Below are positions 1 to 7,475 of a stretch of DNA of 64,000 nucleotides, one piece after another; position 1 is the first letter of the stretch, and each line of letters begins with the position of its first letter. Source of the DNA: Acidimicrobiia bacterium. GTDB taxonomy: Bacteria > Actinomycetota > Acidimicrobiia > IMCC26256 > JBBRZM01. The position numbers and the translations under genes were made by a program. The stretch covers positions 22,167 through 86,166 of the forward strand of contig JBBRZM010000006.1 of assembly GCA_038236695.1 (NCBI GenBank), read 5' to 3'. The notes beneath the pieces are model-generated. The model was not told the origin of the DNA, made no database searches, and worked only from the letters and a program-made list of their open reading frames with translations.

Positions 1-485
1 ATCGCCGGCAGCATGAAGACCTCGAAGTTGGCCGCCTGGCCGTCGGCGGGCGCGAACGCGACTGATGAGAACACGAGCAGCACGCCCGCGATCCACGCAG
101 CGCGGGTGCCGTAGCGGCGGCGAGCCTCGAGTGCCAAGAGCAGTGCGGTCAGCGCGACAGCGAGCATCGCAGCAACCCGCACGGTCCAAAGTCCCGAGGT
201 GCCGCTGATCGCGAACGTCGCCGCGTACAGGTACGGCACCAGCGGCGGTTTGCGGTCGGCGGCCTCCTTGTAGAGGTTGCCGCCGTTTTTGATCACGTCT
301 GCTTGCGTCGCGAGGAACGTCTCGTCCGAGTTGAACTCCGCCACGAAGAACGCCGGCAGCCGGAGCAGCGCGGTGAGCAGGAGCAGCCCGGCGAAGAGCC
401 GAATCGCGGCCCGGCGGCCGTCGCGTGCGGGCTGAGAGACCCTCGTCGGCGAAGCGAGCTCAACGGGGGCGGGCGGAGCAAGCAT
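1..485 (-). CDS. Glycosyltransferase family 39 / ArnT-like membrane glycosyltransferase, N-terminal part (gene runs off the left edge)
   Basis: Absent from the ORF track because there is no stop inside the window. Manual translation from ATG (485-483): MLAPPAPVELASPTRVSQPARDGRRAAIRLFAGLLLLTALLRLPAFFVAEFNSDETFLATQADVIKNGGNLYKEAADRKPPLVPYLYAATFAISG... It has hydrophobic helices plus the DE...DRKPPL.YL pattern typical of PMT_2/ArnT-type enzymes. Confidence 0.55.
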   Translation of the reverse strand, partial: MLAPPAPVELASPTRVSQPARDGRRAAIRLFAGLLLLTALLRLPAFFVAEFNSDETFLATQADVIKNGGNLYKEAADRKPPLVPYLYAATFAISGTSGLWTVRVAAMLAVALTALLLALEARRRYGTRAAWIAGVLLVFSSVAFAPADGQAANFEVFMLPA

Positions 486-530
486 TGCGACATTCTGTCC
501 GATTGACCCAAGCCACCGGGGACCGGGCCG

Positions 531-842
531 TCAGCCGGCGGGCGTTGCGAGCGCAGCGTTCACGTCGCGAAAGAGCTGGGACCTGGGGAGCACTTCGTCG
601 GCGCCCGCGGCACGGGCATCCTCGAGCAGCGCCCGATCGACGTGAGGGCCGAACCCGATGATGCGTGCCTCGGGGGCGGCAGCGCGGACCGCCTCGACGT
701 CGGCACCGAAGCGGGCGAGATCGATGACGACGACGTGCGCGCCGGGGCATTGGGAAGCGTCAGTGACGAACCGGATGTCGGCAACCGCGGCGCTCAGTCG
801 TGACCGATCCATCAGGTCACTCACGAGCGCGACGGTCTGCAT
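531..842 (-). CDS. Small receiver-fold (CheY-like) protein, degenerate, no output domain
   Basis: 103-aa ORF lying 5 nt downstream of the FrhB-like gene. The strand/helix alternation VALVSD / VVVIDL / IIGFGPH / DEVLPR resembles a receiver. The invariant Lys is Leu and the N-terminal acidic pair is incomplete. By-eye call only. Confidence 0.3.
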   Translation of the reverse strand: MQTVALVSDLMDRSRLSAAVADIRFVTDASQCPGAHVVVIDLARFGADVEAVRAAAPEARIIGFGPHVDRALLEDARAAGADEVLPRSQLFRDVNAALATPAG

Positions 843-847
843 ACGTA

Positions 848-1969
848 CTAGGCGCCGACGAGCCTCGGCGTATCGATCGCGAACTCGGGCCAGCGGGCGC
901 GCTGCTTCTTGGCCAGCTTGTGCATCAGTTCGATGGCGCCCGGGTCGTCGTCACCGGGTCGCACCTCGATCCAGCCGTCACGCTCCATGTCGGCCATGAG
1001 CTCACGGCCGATGTCGGTGCGCACAACGGTGAGCGTCCAGTCGTTGAACGCGCCGATGCCGCCGGTCGAGATGTCGGCGTGCTCGGCCGCGAAGTCGGGA
1101 CACATCTTGCAGCCCTCACGCGTGAACGCGTGGCACTCCTTCAGCGGCACCTCGTGGTAGTCGCCGTTCTGCATCCAGATCTGGAGGCGGCCCTTGATGT
1201 TCATCTTCTTGATCTCGGCCCGCTTCAATCCGTACTTCGCGTCGAGCAGCTCTTCGAAGATCGCGTCGTCGAAGGTCTTGGAGCACAGCAAGCCGATGTT
1301 GAGCGACAACCGGCGCGCGACCTTGCCCGCCTTGCGCTGCTTCATGACGGGCGGTACCGACGACTGGCAGCTCATGCCGACCAGCGCGATGCGCTCGGCT
1401 CCGCCCTCGATCGCCTCGAAATACGCGAGCGTGTTGGCGGAGTAGGTGTAGCGGCTTCCGGCGGAGGCGATGATTTCGTCCTTCGTGCGGGCGACGCCTG
1501 GCACGGCTTTCCAGGTGGAGCCGTCGCCCTCGAGGTACGACACGAGCGCGGCGTCGATCAGGTCGTGCTCGAGCGCGTACAGCAGGATTGCCGACACGAG
1601 CCCGCCGTCCTGGCCGACCTCCTGGAGGACGGGATCGGTGGCCTTCGCGAGCACGATGTCTTTCGAGATGCCCGCCACCTCCTCGGCCGCGCGCAGCCGG
1701 CCGAACATGAACTCGTCGATCTCGGGCTCCCAGGCCCGAAAGCGCGGGCACGCCCGGGTGCAGGAGGTGCAGGCCTTGTCGCCGTGGCTGCAGTCGCCGG
1801 GGCCGCCGTAGTCGTTTTCGGTCTGGAATGGCTTGTAGATGCCCTGGTCGTCGCGGTAGCCGAGTACGTCGTGGGGGCACGCGATGACGCAGCCGGCGCA
1901 GCCCGTGCACAGGCCGGTCGTGACGATCTCGCTGTAGAGGTGCTTCCAGCTGAACTTCTCGGGGGGCAT
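848..1969 (-). CDS. Coenzyme F420 hydrogenase/dehydrogenase beta-subunit family (FrhB-like) iron-sulfur flavoprotein
   Basis: 373-aa ORF. It has the ferredoxin-type motif CTGCAGCVIACP and a second Cys cluster CSHGDKACTSCTRACP, followed by FrhB-like segments (GQDGGLVSAIL, SRYTYSAN, GMSCQ, CKMCPDFAAEHADISTGG). Confidence 0.7.
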   Translation of the reverse strand: MPPEKFSWKHLYSEIVTTGLCTGCAGCVIACPHDVLGYRDDQGIYKPFQTENDYGGPGDCSHGDKACTSCTRACPRFRAWEPEIDEFMFGRLRAAEEVAGISKDIVLAKATDPVLQEVGQDGGLVSAILLYALEHDLIDAALVSYLEGDGSTWKAVPGVARTKDEIIASAGSRYTYSANTLAYFEAIEGGAERIALVGMSCQSSVPPVMKQRKAGKVARRLSLNIGLLCSKTFDDAIFEELLDAKYGLKRAEIKKMNIKGRLQIWMQNGDYHEVPLKECHAFTREGCKMCPDFAAEHADISTGGIGAFNDWTLTVVRTDIGRELMADMERDGWIEVRPGDDDPGAIELMHKLAKKQRARWPEFAIDTPRLVGA

Positions 1970-2107
1970 CCGATGCTCCTGAGCGGGTCGGGCGACGGCG
2001 AGTCTCGCATGCGGCCACGTCTGCGAGCGAAGGGCGGGCTTCCAGGGTCACGGGACGTGGGCACCAACGCGTAGCATCACGGCCGCCCCCGACGTGGAGG
2101 TCATGCT

Positions 2108-2527
2108 ATGTCCGACGACCAGCCGCCCAGTGGGGAGATCCCACCTCCACCCCCGCCACCACCGCCGACACCGCCAACTCCCCAACCGCAAGGCTGGGTG
2201 CCACCTTCGCCGGCTGGCTACGCGGGTGCACAGATACCGTACTACGGCACGCCGCAGAACGAAGGGCTCGCCGTCGGCGCGCTGGTCGCGTCGATTGTCT
2301 CGTGGGTGGTGTGCCCGGTCATCCCGGCCATCGTCGCGCTCGTGCTCGCGGCGCAGGCCAAGGCCAAGATCGACGCGTCGGGCGGTCGGCTCACGGGCCT
2401 CGGCCTGTGCACAGCGGCCAAGATCATCTCGTGGATCCACCTCGGATTGATTGCCCTGGTCATTGTGATCATCGTGCTCGTCGCGATCGGCGGTGGATTC
2501 CACGGAAGTACCACGAGCCGCTTCTAG
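2108..2527 (+). CDS. DUF4190-type small membrane protein with proline-rich N-terminus
   Basis: 139-aa ORF. A run of 9 consecutive Pro then TPPTPQPQ is followed by two long hydrophobic helices separated by AKAKIDASGGRLTG. Confidence 0.55.
   Translation: MSDDQPPSGEIPPPPPPPPPTPPTPQPQGWVPPSPAGYAGAQIPYYGTPQNEGLAVGALVASIVSWVVCPVIPAIVALVLAAQAKAKIDASGGRLTGLGLCTAAKIISWIHLGLIALVIVIIVLVAIGGGFHGSTTSRF
2141..2167 (+). repeat. Run of 9 consecutive proline codons (coding low complexity)
   Basis: cca cct cca ccc ccg cca cca ccg ccg read directly. Confidence 0.9.
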
Positions 2528-2540
2528 CCTGCGTCCGTCC

Positions 2541-2963
2541 ATGGATCAAGATCTCCGTGAGCTGGTGCGCCGGCACATCGAAGACGGGTTCAACCGCGGC
2601 GACTGGTCGGTGTGCGAGACGACGCTCGCCAACGACTACACCGCATATTACGGCTCGGAGGGCAAGGCCAACGTGGGTCGCGACGAGTACGTGCGCGTGT
2701 GCCGCTTCCTGCGCACGTCGTTTCCGGACGTCGCGATCACGATCGAAGACCTGATCGTCGAAAGCGACAAGGTCGTGCTGCGCTACACGGAGCGCGGCGC
2801 GCTCACCGGCCGGCAATTCCTCGGCATCGAGCCGACGGGTCAGGCGTACGCGAAGCCCGGCACGACGGTCTACCGAGTCGTCAACGGGCGGCTCGCAGAG
2901 TCGTGGGGCGTCGAAGACACGCTCGGCTGGTTTCGACAGTTGGGCCACGTACCCGATCTGTAG
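2541..2963 (+). CDS. SnoaL-like / ester-cyclase (NTF2-fold) protein
   Basis: The track start is 2493. ATG 2541 (MDQDLRELVRRHIEDGFNRGDW) removes the overlap with the upstream gene. Ester-cyclase pattern: SFPD..ITIEDLI.E.DKVV.RYT..G...G.F.G.EPTG... and C-terminal RLAESWGVEDTLGWFRQLG. Confidence 0.6.
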   Translation: MDQDLRELVRRHIEDGFNRGDWSVCETTLANDYTAYYGSEGKANVGRDEYVRVCRFLRTSFPDVAITIEDLIVESDKVVLRYTERGALTGRQFLGIEPTGQAYAKPGTTVYRVVNGRLAESWGVEDTLGWFRQLGHVPDL

Positions 2964-3018
2964 CGCGTCGAAGCTCAGACGCGAAGCAGCCGCATCGACC
3001 GCTCGTCCAGATCGTTTA

Positions 3019-3183
3019 CTCGAGGCATTCCCGGCAAATACCGGGGGAATTCCTCGAGTGAATGAATGGGCGCCTCCGCCCAACCCCGTGATCGCCGCGG
3101 GCGCGATGGGCTTCTCGAGCGTGTTCGTGGTGACCAACTCGCTGCGACTGCGAGGTTTCCGGGGCTACCGCGCCAACCACTGA
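3019..3183 (+). pseudogene. C-terminal remnant of a heavy-metal (P1B-type) P-type ATPase
   Basis: Manual translation of the frame ending at TGA 3181-3183: ...LLEAFPANTGGIPRVNEWAPPPNPVIAAGAMGFSSVFVVTNSLRLRGFRGYRANH*. The last ~30 aa match the conserved C-terminal helix of CopA/CtpV-type pumps (NP.IA..AM.FSSV.VV.NSLRLR.F). Similarity decays upstream (AF..N...IP). There is no start codon and the ~600 upstream residues are absent. Its 3' end overlaps the convergent gene by 19 nt. Confidence 0.5.
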
Positions 3184-3650
3184 GCCACGGCCGCCGTCTC
3201 GAGCTCGGCGTGGTCCCGGAGCGCGGACACGATGACGTGCTCGACTTTGCCGCCCACGAAGTGCATGCGCACGGTCAGCACGCCGGTCGTGACGCGGCGA
3301 GTGCCCTCGCCGGCCTTTGACATCGTGACCTCGTAACTCCCTTCCAGCCGGTCCGCGTAGTGGTCGGGCACGATGTGAGCGGTCGTGGTGTGCCCGTGGA
3401 GGTCGTGGGTCGACTCTTCGACCCAGCTGAGGCGGTCGGGATCGATCACCCTCCGCACCGCCGAGGACAGTTCCGCGGTGAAGTGGTACCTGATCCGTTG
3501 CGTGACCACCGATCCGTTGCGCTGCTGGTCCAGCATCTCCGGGTGCGCGAGGTGCGGATCGTCGATGCCGGCGAGGAAGTCGGCGTCGAGATACAGCGCG
3601 GCGATCTTCGCGGGGGTGCCATCGAGATGTTGCTCGATTGCGAACTCCAT
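3165..3650 (-). CDS. SRPBCC-fold protein (DUF2505-like), function unknown
   Basis: 161-aa ORF with coding-type GC3 and no TM segments. The resemblance to actinobacterial DUF2505 proteins is by memory only. Confidence 0.4.
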   Translation of the reverse strand: MEFAIEQHLDGTPAKIAALYLDADFLAGIDDPHLAHPEMLDQQRNGSVVTQRIRYHFTAELSSAVRRVIDPDRLSWVEESTHDLHGHTTTAHIVPDHYADRLEGSYEVTMSKAGEGTRRVTTGVLTVRMHFVGGKVEHVIVSALRDHAELETAAVAQWLAR

Positions 3651-3676
3651 GGCTGGATTCTTGGCCGTCCGGGCGA

Positions 3677-4993
3677 TTACGAAACGAGGTACACGATCGG
3701 CAGTACCACGCTCACGACAATCGTCGCGCCCAAGACCAGCGTCGAGAGCCGGCCCGATCGGTGAGCATGAACCGTGTCATGTGACCGGCTGAGAATCAGC
3801 ATGAGCACGATCAGCGGCGGCGCGGTGATGCCGTTGAGGATCGCCGCGTAGTAGAGGCCGCGTATCGGATCGATGCCGCCGAAGTTCATGCCCAGACCTG
3901 CGAGCATCGACAGCACGATCACGACGTAGAACGCCCGCGCGTCGCGGAACCGTTTCGAGAGTCCCTCGTTCCAGCCGACAGCCTCTGACGCCGCGTACGC
4001 CGTTGAACCGGCGAGCACCGGCACCGACAGCAGTCCCAGGCCGACGATGCCGAGGGTGAAGAGCAGGTCCGCGAAGTCGCCTGCGAACGGCCGGAGCGCC
4101 CGGGCCGCTTGATCAGCGGTCTGGATCTTCGTGATCCCGGCTGTGTGCAGCGTGACCGCGGCCGCGACGATGATCGCGAACGCGATGGCGACGGCCGACA
4201 CCATCCCGCCGATCACGTCGATGCGCATCGACCGAAGGTGATCGTCGCTCACCTGTTCGTCCGCGTGCTCGTGGTCGAGCTCCTCTTCGACCTCTTCACT
4301 GGCCTGCCAGAAGAACAGGTAGGGCGAGACGGTGGTGCCGAAGACCGCGATCAGTGCCGCGATCTCGCCCCGGCCGCCGGTGATCTCGGGGACGACCAAG
4401 TGAAAGAGCACGTCGCCCCAGTCGACCTTGACCGCCGCGAGCACGAGCACGTACGCGACGAGTGAGAGCGCAAGCCAGCGGAGCACGCGCGCGTACCGAT
4501 GATACGGCACCAACACTTCCAGACCGACCATGAGTGCCGTCATCACGACCACGAGCACCGACGCTGGTATCGGTACGAGAAGGTGTCCGGCAGCGCCCAT
4601 CGACGCGATATCTGCGGCGATGTTGAACGTGTTCGCGATCGCAACGAGCGCGACCGCGACGAACAACACCCAGCGCGGGAACCGGGTGCGGATGAGCCTC
4701 GCGAGTCCGCGACCGGTCACGAGGCCAAGACGAGCCGCGGTCTCTTGCACCGCGGCAGCCATTGGCGCGACGAGCAACGCCGCCCACACGATCCCGAGCC
4801 CGTATGCGGCTCCGACTTGCGAGTACGTGCCGATCCCGGATGGATCGTCGTCGGCCGCGCCGGTGACGAGGCCGGGACCGAGACGCTTGAAGTAGCCGTG
4901 CCCGCGGAACGCGAGACGTCGACGGTGGTGATGGAGCTGACGTCGGGCTCGTATTGAATGGGCCAAGCGCGCAGAGTGTCGCGTACGCTTCAC
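3677..4993 (-). CDS. Nramp-family divalent metal cation transporter
   Basis: 438-aa polytopic ORF. The N-terminal GPGLVTGAADDDPSGIGTYSQVGA motif and ~11 hydrophobic segments are typical of Nramp-related transporters. Confidence 0.75.
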   Translation of the reverse strand: MKRTRHSARLAHSIRARRQLHHHRRRLAFRGHGYFKRLGPGLVTGAADDDPSGIGTYSQVGAAYGLGIVWAALLVAPMAAAVQETAARLGLVTGRGLARLIRTRFPRWVLFVAVALVAIANTFNIAADIASMGAAGHLLVPIPASVLVVVMTALMVGLEVLVPYHRYARVLRWLALSLVAYVLVLAAVKVDWGDVLFHLVVPEITGGRGEIAALIAVFGTTVSPYLFFWQASEEVEEELDHEHADEQVSDDHLRSMRIDVIGGMVSAVAIAFAIIVAAAVTLHTAGITKIQTADQAARALRPFAGDFADLLFTLGIVGLGLLSVPVLAGSTAYAASEAVGWNEGLSKRFRDARAFYVVIVLSMLAGLGMNFGGIDPIRGLYYAAILNGITAPPLIVLMLILSRSHDTVHAHRSGRLSTLVLGATIVVSVVLPIVYLVS

Positions 4994-4999
4994 GTCAAC

Positions 5000-5863
5000 A
5001 TGAAGATTTCAGAGGTGCTCGAGCGCGGACCGAGCTTTTCGTTCGAGTTCTTTCCTCCGAAGAACGAGAGCGCCGAAGCCGCCCTGGCCGATGCCCTCCG
5101 CGAGCTGGAGCCGCTCGGGCCGTCGTACGTGTCGGTCACCTACGGAGCCGGTGGTTCGACGCGCGAACGCACCCACGAGCTCGTCGTGCAGATCCTTCGC
5201 GACACGACGATGACGCCGATGGCGCACCTCACGTGCGCGGCGCACACGCGCGCGGAGCTCGCGGAGATCGTGACCCGCTACTGCGACTCCGGCATCGACA
5301 ACATCCTGGCTCTCGGAGGTGACCCGCCGGCCGACCTCGACCTGCCTCCGGGCGAGTTCAAGTACGCGGTCGAGTTGGTTCGCCTCGTGCGGGAGATCGG
5401 CGACTTCTGTGTTGGGGTCGCCGCGCATCCGGAGCCTCACCCCAAATCGCTGAGCAAGGAGACCGACCGGTTGCACACTGCCGAGAAGCTGCGCGAGGCC
5501 GATTTCGCGGTGACGCAGTTCTTCTTCGATGCGCGGCACTACTTCGACCTCGTCGAGGGGTTGCAGGCGCACGGCGTCGACAGGCCCGTGATCCCGGGAA
5601 TCATGCCGGTGCTGGCAATCGGTTCGATCAAACGCATGACACAGCTCCAAGGCTCCGAGTTCCCCGCATGGCTCGCAGAGAAGTTGCACGCGGTCGAAGA
5701 CGATCCGGCTGCCGTGCGCCGCATCGGTATCGACGAAGCCACGAAGCTGTGCCAGGCCCTCCTCGACGGCGGTGCACCCGGCCTGCACTTCTACACGCTC
5801 AACCGTTCGAGTGCGACGCGCGAGATCTTCACCAATCTCGGTCTGCACGAAGGCGTCGCCTGA
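5000..5863 (+). CDS. metF: 5,10-methylenetetrahydrofolate reductase
   Basis: The track start is 4958. ATG 5000 (MKISEVLERGPSFSFEFFPPK) fits MetF N-termini and avoids overlapping the divergent Nramp gene. Motifs: SVTYGAGGSTR, MAHLTC, ILALGGDPP, AAHPE. Confidence 0.85.
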   Translation: MKISEVLERGPSFSFEFFPPKNESAEAALADALRELEPLGPSYVSVTYGAGGSTRERTHELVVQILRDTTMTPMAHLTCAAHTRAELAEIVTRYCDSGIDNILALGGDPPADLDLPPGEFKYAVELVRLVREIGDFCVGVAAHPEPHPKSLSKETDRLHTAEKLREADFAVTQFFFDARHYFDLVEGLQAHGVDRPVIPGIMPVLAIGSIKRMTQLQGSEFPAWLAEKLHAVEDDPAAVRRIGIDEATKLCQALLDGGAPGLHFYTLNRSSATREIFTNLGLHEGVA

Positions 5864-5998
5864 GTCGCCGCGCTGCGACTCAACTGAGTCTTGTGCGCGC
5901 GTTGCGGCTGCGGCGCTGTGAGCCGATGGACGAGGCCCCACCCGCAAAACGCGGTTTCTATTCGGCGTCTGTTCGAAGACGTAGTACACGGTCGTTCA

Positions 5999-6086
5999 TG
6001 GCGGAGGGAGTGGGATTTGAACCCACGGTGGGTTGCCCCACAATGGTTTTCGAGACCATCCGATTCGGCCGCTCTCGCATCCCTCC
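5999..6086 (-). tRNA. tRNA-Ser (anticodon CGA), CCA encoded
   Basis: Reverse complement: GGAGGGA..ATGGT-CTCGAAA-ACCAT, long variable arm GTGGG-GCAA-CCCAC, T-arm GTGGG-TTCAAAT-CCCAC, then TCCCTCC-G-CCA. 88 nt, full cloverleaf drawn by hand. Confidence 0.9.
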
Positions 6087-6111
6087 GGGCGGGAGTGTAA
6101 CGGCCGGCCAC

Positions 6112-6588
6112 TCAGCGCCGAGCAGCGAAAAACGCCCGCAGCAGCGCCCCGCATTCCTCCGCGCGCACGCCGTCGAACGTCGCCACCTCGTGATTGAGGC
6201 GCGGATCAACGAGCACGTTGTAGAGGCTCCCGCACGCGCCGGCCTTGGGATCGACGGCTCCGAACGCGACCACATCGAGGCGCGCCGCCACTGCGGCGCC
6301 CGCGCACATGAGACACGGTTCGAGTGTCACCACCAGCGCGTGACCAGTGAGGCGCCAGCTTCCGACGGCTCGCGCGGCATCACGGAGGGCCAAGATCTCT
6401 GCGTGCGCGGTGGGATCGTTCGCACGTTCGCGCTCGTTGTGCCGCCGAGCGACGATCTCGCCGGTGTCAATGTGGGCAACAACAGCACCGATCGGCACGT
6501 CGTCGTGCTTCAGCGCCGCGCGCGCCTCGTCGAGCGCGACGGCCATGAGCGCATCGAGCCGGCAGATTTCCACCGGATCAGCCCGCAA
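6112..6588 (-). CDS. tadA: tRNA adenosine(34) deaminase
   Basis: 158-aa ORF with the CDA zinc motifs HAEILAL and EPCLMCAGA. An alternative start is M15 (6546). Confidence 0.85.
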   Translation of the reverse strand: MRADPVEICRLDALMAVALDEARAALKHDDVPIGAVVAHIDTGEIVARRHNERERANDPTAHAEILALRDAARAVGSWRLTGHALVVTLEPCLMCAGAAVAARLDVVAFGAVDPKAGACGSLYNVLVDPRLNHEVATFDGVRAEECGALLRAFFAARR

Positions 6589-7003
6589 TCGCGGCGCGGG
6601 CGATCACCTTCGTCGGTGTGACGCGCACGAGCAGCTCACTGGGGACGGCATTGCGCAGCCCGAAGGACTCGGCCGCGTCGGGACCCATGTAGCGGGCCCC
6701 GATGGCCGTCGCCCACCGGAGCAGGGCGTCGCGGTCGCGGCTGATGGTCGCCGAACCTTCCACAATGACGAACGAGAACGGCGGTCGTTCGTCGTCGACG
6801 CACAACGACACCCACGGGTCGCGAGCGAGGGCCTTGCCTTTCACAGTGTCTTCGCCGGTCGTGAAAATCACGTCGTCACCGGCGAACGTGAACCAGATCG
6901 GTGCGACGTGCGGATGTCCGTTCGCGTGGGTCGTTGCGAGCTTCCCGGTCCGCGTGCCCTCGAGCACGAAGGCCTGCCACTCGTCGTGTGTCATCTCACG
7001 CAT
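6578..7003 (-). CDS. PPOX-class (pyridoxamine 5'-phosphate oxidase-like) probable F420-dependent protein
   Basis: The track ORF (to 7252) runs through a tRNA and the SRP RNA. I start at ATG 7003 (MREMTHDEWQAFVLEGTRTGKLATTHANGHPHVAPIWF...). Pattern LAT...G.PHV.P.WF...D..IF.T....K...L.RDP.VSL.VDDE.PP..FV..EG. Confidence 0.7.
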   Translation of the reverse strand: MREMTHDEWQAFVLEGTRTGKLATTHANGHPHVAPIWFTFAGDDVIFTTGEDTVKGKALARDPWVSLCVDDERPPFSFVIVEGSATISRDRDALLRWATAIGARYMGPDAAESFGLRNAVPSELLVRVTPTKVIARAAIAG

Positions 7004-7022
7004 CGAACCACTCCTCGCCGCG

Positions 7023-7107
7023 CGGAGGGAGTGGGATTCGAACCCACGGTGAGTTGCCCCACACACGCTTTCCAAGCGTGCCGATTCGGCCGCTCTCGCA
7101 TCCCTCC
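7023..7107 (-). tRNA. tRNA-Ser (anticodon GGA), CCA not encoded
   Basis: Reverse complement: GGAGGGA..CACGC-TTGGAAA-GCGTG, variable arm GTGGG-GCAA-CTCAC, T-arm GTGGG-TTCGAAT-CCCAC, then TCCCTCC-G. 85 nt. Confidence 0.9.
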
Positions 7108-7179
7108 GGAACATGAACATGCAGACCGTGCACCCGACGTCGACACTGGTGCCGCGAGGCGCATTTCCTGTCGCCAGTT

Positions 7180-7283
7180 CAGGCCAGGCTGCCCTGCGGC
7201 ACACAGGAGGGCCCGCTGAGAGCTGCTTCCTTCCGGACCTGACTCGGTTCACGAGATCCCGTTGCGCAGGACCCGGCCCTCAT
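7180..7283 (-). ncRNA. ffs: Signal recognition particle RNA (small bacterial type); ends approximate
   Basis: The minus strand reads ...GGGCCGGGUCCUGCGCAACGGGAUCUCGUGAACCGAGUCAGGUCCGGAAGGAAGCAGCUCUCAGCGGGCCCUCCUGUGUGCCGCAGGGCAGCCUGGCC... The domain-IV core GUCAGGUCCGGAAGGAAGCAGC is identical to the E. coli 4.5S core. The flanks CCUGCG/CGCAGG and GGCC/GGCC close helix 5. Confidence 0.8.
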
Positions 7284-7475
7284 CACCGCGTGCAGGGCGC
7301 CATCCTCACGGCAGCCCGAGCCTCGGCCGGGAGTTCAGTCCCTCGTAACGTGGATTGGGGGTACAGGGAACCACGAGCTCCCCACCTAGCACGGTCTGCG
7401 CCCGCAGCCTATCCGCCGCAATGTTTCTGTCTGCGCCGGTCCGTCGAGGGCGGGGCATCGGTAGCATCCGGACCG

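Noticed and set aside
5999-7107. tRNA-Ser genes as integration sites for a genomic island between them.
   Set aside because: There is no integrase, no direct repeat of a tRNA 3' end beyond the tRNAs themselves, and no compositional shift. The two enclosed genes (tadA, PPOX-like) are housekeeping-type.
7113-7475. N-terminal 121-codon extension of the dnaX ORF given in the track (start 7113).
   Set aside because: The extension has no DnaX similarity and reads antisense through the SRP RNA. The conserved DnaX N-terminus (MAEYQSLYRKHRPQTF) begins at ATG 7476.
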